Part shown: positions 25,536 through 29,676 of the stretch, piece by piece | Numbering within the stretch: position 1 is the first letter of the stretch | Layout of the letters: each line of letters starts with the position of its first letter | Virus record (IMG/VR): IMGVR_UViG_3300025803_000069 | Coordinates: 1 to 29,676 of that record | Reading direction: 5' to 3' (one strand) | Length of the DNA: 29,676 bases | Source: a virus | Lineage: Duplodnaviria > Caudoviricetes | The notes under the pieces: generated by a model | Told to the model about the DNA's origin: nothing | The model's input: only the letters and a program-made list of their open reading frames with translations | Database searches by the model: none | Made by a program: the position numbers and the translations under genes

Positions 25536-25814
25536 ATGGGTCGGATTCGTCCAGCGGGTGTACGTGTTTTGGGCGTGCCTATGAACAAAGATACTGCTGT
25601 TTCCCTTGCAAAAGCAGCACGGGACGTCGTTTTAAGGCGTAATGTACCCCCTGAAATCAAGGAAAAACGGCTTAAAATGTGCCAAAAGTGCCCTCATTGG
25701 ACAGGTTCAAGGTGCAAAAAATGCGGTTGTCAGATGAAAATTAAGGCAAGTTTGTCCTCTTCTGAGTGCCCGATTGGACAATGGGGACGTTATACCGAAG
25801 AAATGCGGGAATAA
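25536..25814 (+). CDS. Small Cys-rich basic metal-binding protein (DUF6171-like)
   Basis: RLKMCQKCPH...RCKKCGC.MKIKASL...ECPIGQW is a pattern common in small phage proteins. It is the only credible plus-strand gene. Confidence 0.7.
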   Translation: MGRIRPAGVRVLGVPMNKDTAVSLAKAARDVVLRRNVPPEIKEKRLKMCQKCPHWTGSRCKKCGCQMKIKASLSSSECPIGQWGRYTEEMRE

Positions 25815-26041
25815 ATGGCACTTGCAAGAAGAACTCCAGTCATCAATGACCCCATGAGCCATGCAATCGTGTCGCTTCCGAGTGAATCGTTCTTCAAAAT
25901 AAGCAACAATGTGACGGTTACAATGATGGTGAGTATCTGAACCATGACCATATCAACAATAACAGACTTTTTTGGAGCGAAAATGTCACTCGTTGTCATA
26001 GCAAACCCTTGTGAAAAGGGCATTCGTTGTCCTCTATCCAT
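25790..26041 (-). CDS. Small two-TM membrane protein
   Basis: ATG 26041 after GGAGGT. Hydrophobic stretches VIVDMVMVQILTIIVTVTLLLIL and IAWLMGSLMTGVLLASAIY. Confidence 0.7.
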   Translation of the reverse strand: MDRGQRMPFSQGFAMTTSDIFAPKKSVIVDMVMVQILTIIVTVTLLLILKNDSLGSDTIAWLMGSLMTGVLLASAIYSRISSV

Positions 26042-26042
26042 C

Positions 26043-26666
26043 TTATCGACCTCCAATCATGTTACGGGTGAATGAGCCGATGCCTCCGCCGACCTTTTGC
26101 ATGAATCCTTCATCAGCCATGGCAGCATGAAGTGCGCTTCCCATCATTGATTGCTGAGAAACAGCAAGAATTTGTTGCTGTTCCATCTGTGCCTTGTCAA
26201 TATCCTGTTGACTTTTGCCCACCATAGCATTGAATTGACTTGTAATGTTCTCAGCGCTCATCGTTTGTAGGTTGGTTGGCAAAGATTGTGGGTCCATCTT
26301 CAATGTACCGTCGTCTTCATTAAGGGTAAACGATGCATTTCGTAGGATTTCAAGCAGTGAATAGGTAACGATGTCGTTCAACATCTGTATGAGCATAGGC
26401 ATCTTCTGACTGACAACAAACCTGTCAACCGGTGACTGACTTTTAAGCATAGCAAGTAGTATTTCAGCCTCACTTGGGGGTGTCATAGGTTGTTGCATAT
26501 ACTGTGGGTTCATACCTGCACCCTGCATGAATGCCCCTGCTGCTGGATTGGACGCCCAACCACCTTGTTGTTGGTATGCATTCTGTTGTGCAAATCCGTT
26601 TTGCTGTGGTGCGCCCAAGTTGAGTGCCCCGTTTTGCTGGTCGTTTCCTCCTCCAAATAATCCCAT
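26043..26666 (-). CDS. Gln/Met-rich hypothetical protein
   Basis: 207 aa, SD GGTGA. Low-complexity N-terminus, helical core, amphipathic Gly-rich C-terminus. Confidence 0.7.
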   Translation of the reverse strand: MGLFGGGNDQQNGALNLGAPQQNGFAQQNAYQQQGGWASNPAAGAFMQGAGMNPQYMQQPMTPPSEAEILLAMLKSQSPVDRFVVSQKMPMLIQMLNDIVTYSLLEILRNASFTLNEDDGTLKMDPQSLPTNLQTMSAENITSQFNAMVGKSQQDIDKAQMEQQQILAVSQQSMMGSALHAAMADEGFMQKVGGGIGSFTRNMIGGR

Positions 26667-26674
26667 GTGTTCAC

Positions 26675-27649
26675 CTACTGTTGTGGAAGCGTATATTGTT
26701 GCTGAGGTGCGTTCTGTTCTTGAACCTGTTGCCGTTCAGCCTGTTCGATACCCACTGAACCGATAGCATCACTAATCCCTACGTCTGTTGGAATCATGTT
26801 AAGTTCATCGTGGAAGTACCGAAGGTCAAAATACACGGCTGTAATGTCATTCATACCGTTGTTTGGATTTTTGTAATGTGAAATAGTAATACCTGCGTGT
26901 CGCTTAGAATCTTTTTCCAACTCGACAAAGAACGGTTCGTACTTGAGTAAAAATTCAGGTGTGTTGTTTTTCTTTTTCAAGACTGAAATGGGTACTGCGA
27001 CGGTACTCACACCTTTTCTGACCATCTCACGCATACCGCCTTTCGTTTTGAGTCGTTCCTTTTCGTTCTCACCTTCCCACTTTGTCAACAAGTGGTACAA
27101 ATGCAAATGCTCAGGACAGTACGTTCCTCGCATGAGCCGTCCGTCAGTGACGTTTTCACGCGCAATGAAGGCAGTAGGCTCCCCAGTAACTGGATTTTGC
27201 CAATACAAATCCCACAAACTTTCACCAGTGGACTCGTCTGTGATTTTTGCATAGAGGTTGTCGTACTGAATTAATTTTTGACAGTCACAGCCGTCGACAA
27301 CACAAGAGCCTGCACTCTTGTTGTAACGGTACTTGAAGCCAGCCCACCGCAGTGGATTGAACATTGAGCGCTTGGATGGCTTGAGTAGTGCTCGTGCTTG
27401 CTTGATGTCTTTCTTGCGTGCCTTGCGAGGGTCAGGATGTCGACTTGGATAAAAATTGACTTTCGGAACTTCGATGTTGTTGCGTGCACCTGCTGCACGC
27501 ATGGATTGCTGTGCACCTTGCATCTCAATCAACTGCTCGTGTGAAGGGTTCCCTTGGTGGCTCAGTGCCTTCATTTCAGCAGCATCCATTGCTTGAAGAT
27601 TACCGTTCATAGCACCTCCTCGAAACCTGCCATTGAAATCAAAAACCAC
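26675..27649 (-). CDS. Hypothetical protein with a possible Zn site
   Basis: 324 aa, GTG start after GGGGGAG. CVVDGCDC...GTYCPEH are candidate metal ligands. Confidence 0.7.
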   Translation of the reverse strand: MVFDFNGRFRGGAMNGNLQAMDAAEMKALSHQGNPSHEQLIEMQGAQQSMRAAGARNNIEVPKVNFYPSRHPDPRKARKKDIKQARALLKPSKRSMFNPLRWAGFKYRYNKSAGSCVVDGCDCQKLIQYDNLYAKITDESTGESLWDLYWQNPVTGEPTAFIARENVTDGRLMRGTYCPEHLHLYHLLTKWEGENEKERLKTKGGMREMVRKGVSTVAVPISVLKKKNNTPEFLLKYEPFFVELEKDSKRHAGITISHYKNPNNGMNDITAVYFDLRYFHDELNMIPTDVGISDAIGSVGIEQAERQQVQEQNAPQQQYTLPQQ

Positions 27650-27680
27650 TACATCTCCCCCTATCTGTCGGTTAGCATAC

Positions 27681-27690
27681 TATTTCAAAA
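27681..27690 (-). promoter_or_regulatory. Possible internal TATA-like box
   Basis: TTTTGAAATA in the gap between the GTPase stop and the next gene. Confidence 0.3.
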
Positions 27691-27697
27691 GCCTTCC

Positions 27698-28414
27698 CTA
27701 CGTTGAAAGCAAATCAATCATGGTGTTTTCCACGTTCCAACCGATACGCGTTGCCATCATCGAACGCATGGTTGGTATACCTGCTTTCTGCAATCGCACA
27801 AGGTCTTCACGGAACGGGTCGAAGATTCTGTGCTCACCTAACCGCTGCTGTTGCCAAAGCACGTTTGCTTGGTCATCCCACCATTGGTCGGCTTTGTTTG
27901 CAACAAGAAGAATCGACTTGGGGCAGTACTTTTTACCACGAAAACGAGCACGAAGACTTCTGTATCGGTACTGACGATGAATTAGTGCGTCACACAGATA
28001 CTTGAACCCAGCCACTGCTTGAAGTGCAGGTTCTCCACCCAACTGTACACGATGGTCAAAAACGAAGATAACGGCCTCCACGTTTCGATTGACCATGTCA
28101 TCAATCCAAAGGTTCCAAAATCGTTCTTCGCCACCCATATCGGAAGAATGAACGACACGTCGCTCGCCTTTCCAGCGCACTCGCTTGCGAGTAGCACGTG
28201 GTAACAAGTACTTGCCAAGAATTTTTGTGTGCGAGGTTCTTTCATCAATGGGTATATCTTCCATTTCACCGGGTGTTGTGAGATACTTATCGAGTGTTGT
28301 CTTACCGACCATCGTTGGACCGTAAATGCCAACACGTCGAGGAACCCAATAGTGGTACAACTCTCGTGCGAACACCAATCCGCCAACCATCGCCGAGCCT
28401 GCTGCCGCACTCAA
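27698..28414 (-). CDS. Small P-loop GTPase (Ras superfamily; Arf/Rab/Roc-like)
   Basis: G1 GPTMVGKTT, G2 Thr (ERT), G3 DMGGEERF.NLW, VEAVIFVFD strand, G4 LVANKAD, G5-like MAT. TTG start at 28414 overlaps the upstream stop after GGGTGG (track start 28486). Confidence 0.85.
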   Translation of the reverse strand: MSAAAGSAMVGGLVFARELYHYWVPRRVGIYGPTMVGKTTLDKYLTTPGEMEDIPIDERTSHTKILGKYLLPRATRKRVRWKGERRVVHSSDMGGEERFWNLWIDDMVNRNVEAVIFVFDHRVQLGGEPALQAVAGFKYLCDALIHRQYRYRSLRARFRGKKYCPKSILLVANKADQWWDDQANVLWQQQRLGEHRIFDPFREDLVRLQKAGIPTMRSMMATRIGWNVENTMIDLLST

Positions 28415-28659
28415 TCGAACCAACCACCCAGCCAGTTCGACAACTTTTCGCCAAACCACTGTGCAGTCGAATCCCAAAGACTCCAATCGCTGTGAAACTC
28501 GACAGCACTAACGACCATCGCTGATAGTACTGAAAAGAAAACGGCTTTGACCCAGCCCCATGCTCGTTCGTATGCTGTGTCGACCGTGTTGGCGATGTGC
28601 ATGGCACGAAGGGTAGCCTCGGTGCTGTCATCGGTAGGCGTCTTGAAAATACGACCCAT
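28411..28659 (-). CDS. Small Trp-rich membrane protein
   Basis: 82 aa, SD GAGGTGA. TM segment AWGWVKAVFFSVLSAMVVSAV and amphipathic tail WFGEKLSNWLGGWFD. Confidence 0.7.
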   Translation of the reverse strand: MGRIFKTPTDDSTEATLRAMHIANTVDTAYERAWGWVKAVFFSVLSAMVVSAVEFHSDWSLWDSTAQWFGEKLSNWLGGWFD

Positions 28660-28670
28660 AGGGGGTCACC

Positions 28671-29231
28671 TCACTTTTTGTTTTTGAACGTACCGTCAGG
28701 GTTGCGCTCACGCTTTGCCTTTTCCTTTGTCTCTTCGCCAAACGTCACGCCAAGTCCCAGTGGTTCGTCGACTGATGCTTCGTGATTTGGTTCAGGATTG
28801 AAATCAGCAGTAGTTTCTTCAAAGACTTTACCTTGATAGAGTGGTGGCATCTTGCCGGGATTTTGCTCCATCCAACGTAGTTCAGCCTCAAGTTGGGCTT
28901 CTTGCATACGCAACTCCATGTCTTGTCGACGTCGTTCAAACGTTTCCTCCATACCACGGTAGCGTATACGTCGCTCTCGTTCCATGGTTGCACTGCGTGC
29001 TTTTTCATCCATGCCCTGTTGGAAGAACATCTTGAAGATGTAGTATGCGATACCTTGCACGAAGAATGCACCCATTGCATAGGTGAAACCGTTGAGTGAC
29101 GATGTTTCCAAATCAATCCACATTTCAGCATCAAAAATACCGACAGCCAAGCCGACGGTTGCTGATTGCATTAGGATAAGTCCGAGTAGTCTGATTTCAC
29201 TTTGGTCAACTGCTGTATTTTGAGAACTCAT
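28671..29231 (-). CDS. Two-TM membrane protein with a cytoplasmic coiled coil
   Basis: 186 aa. LLGLILMQSATVGLAVGIF and FTYAMGAFFVQGIAYYIF, then an E/R/M-rich coiled coil and a C-terminal RERNPDGTF. Confidence 0.75.
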   Translation of the reverse strand: MSSQNTAVDQSEIRLLGLILMQSATVGLAVGIFDAEMWIDLETSSLNGFTYAMGAFFVQGIAYYIFKMFFQQGMDEKARSATMERERRIRYRGMEETFERRRQDMELRMQEAQLEAELRWMEQNPGKMPPLYQGKVFEETTADFNPEPNHEASVDEPLGLGVTFGEETKEKAKRERNPDGTFKNKK

Positions 29232-29252
29232 AGTGTCCCTCTCATAGTGTCC
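29227..29252. repeat. 12-bp perfect direct repeat spanning the start codon
   Basis: CTCATAGTGTCC at 29227-29238 and 29241-29252. Confidence 0.85.
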
Positions 29253-29266
29253 TAATTGCCACGCAT

Positions 29267-29274
29267 TGATAAAA
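29267..29274 (-). promoter_or_regulatory. Putative TATA-like box for the membrane/GTPase block
   Basis: AGAACA-TTTTATCA, the same 8-mer as at 25506-25513 (+), 22-29 nt upstream of ATG 29245. Confidence 0.5.
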
Positions 29275-29309
29275 TGTTCTAAGGTGGACCGAGGGAAGAG
29301 GGACTACCC

Positions 29310-29675
29310 TCAGTCCTTGGAGTCACGCTTGCCGTCGGTCGAAGGACCGGGACCTGAGCCTTTGGAGCCGATGACAATAACCATGCCGTGTGCAGGTTTC
29401 TTTTTCTTATCGCCATCATCGGCTTTCTTTTCTTCATCACACTTGCAGTTCTTACCGCACTTTGGACATTCCGCCTTTTGTTCTGTGCCGCAATGCATCT
29501 TGTCGAGGTCTTCAAGCGCCTTGCGAAGCATTTCGTTGCCTTCGTAGTGTGTAAATGTCATTGTCTCACCTTTGAATGTACCTGAACCGCCTTGTTGCCA
29601 AATCTGTTCTCGTCCCGTCTGACCGACTCCTACGTTTTGAATGTTTCCCACACCGCCCGAAGGGTCACCTGCAAG
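29310..29675 (-). CDS. 3' end of a hypothetical gene (partial, continues off the right edge)
   Basis: The frame stays open upstream of the track's GTG 29651 to the window edge (LAGDPSGGVGNIQ...). C-terminal CPKCGKNCKC and a Lys/Asp-rich tail. Confidence 0.6.
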   Translation of the reverse strand, partial: LAGDPSGGVGNIQNVGVGQTGREQIWQQGGSGTFKGETMTFTHYEGNEMLRKALEDLDKMHCGTEQKAECPKCGKNCKCDEEKKADDGDKKKKPAHGMVIVIGSKGSGPGPSTDGKRDSKD

Positions 29676-29676
29676 A

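Noticed and set aside
25790-26041. Calling the small 2-TM protein a holin
   Set aside because: Size and topology fit, but there is no recognisable holin family signature or partner endolysin; kept only as part of the module hypothesis.
28415-28486. Longer N-terminus of the GTPase given in the ORF track
   Set aside because: It would overlap the 82-aa membrane gene by about 75 bp; a TTG at 28414 with an SD and stop-start overlap is more plausible.
29291-29312. Short hairpin GAGGG-TAGT-CCCTC after the last gene's stop as a terminator
   Set aside because: Only a 5-bp stem with no clear U-tract, too weak to call.
1-29676. CRISPR arrays, tRNA/rRNA genes, transposases, integrase
   Set aside because: No regularly spaced repeats or such motifs were seen, and intergenic gaps are all too short (about 80 bp or less) for such elements to be evident.

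Overview
This window is part of a tailed double-stranded DNA virus (Caudoviricetes, HK97 lineage) genome, covering its virion morphogenesis and packaging region. Nearly all genes are on the minus strand. Read right to left: the 3' end of a partial gene; a six-gene block of three membrane proteins, a small P-loop GTPase and two soluble proteins; a lone plus-strand Cys-rich gene; a probable terminase small subunit; three large unknown proteins; terminase large subunit; a winged-helix plus LAGLIDADG protein; portal; three small proteins; an 1800-aa protein ending in a degenerate ATP-dependent DNA-ligase fold; prohead protease-scaffold; major capsid protein; small capsid/neck genes; an oversized head-tail adaptor; a tail terminator-like gene; and a tail-tube-like gene running off the left edge. 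GGAGGTGA/GGTGA Shine-Dalgarno (SD) motifs and TATA-like boxes 22-30 nt upstream of apparently leaderless start codons point to an archaeal host. Gene style and order resemble Marine Group II (Poseidoniales) viruses, the magroviruses; this is inference and was not database-checked. The most notable items are the viral Arf/Rab-like GTPase plus membrane-protein module, the probably inactive ligase in a giant head-region protein, a recurring hydrophobic-x-K|A/S motif suggesting many head proteins are protease-processed, and a duplicated scaffold C-terminal motif. No CRISPR array, tRNA, rRNA or transposase was seen.
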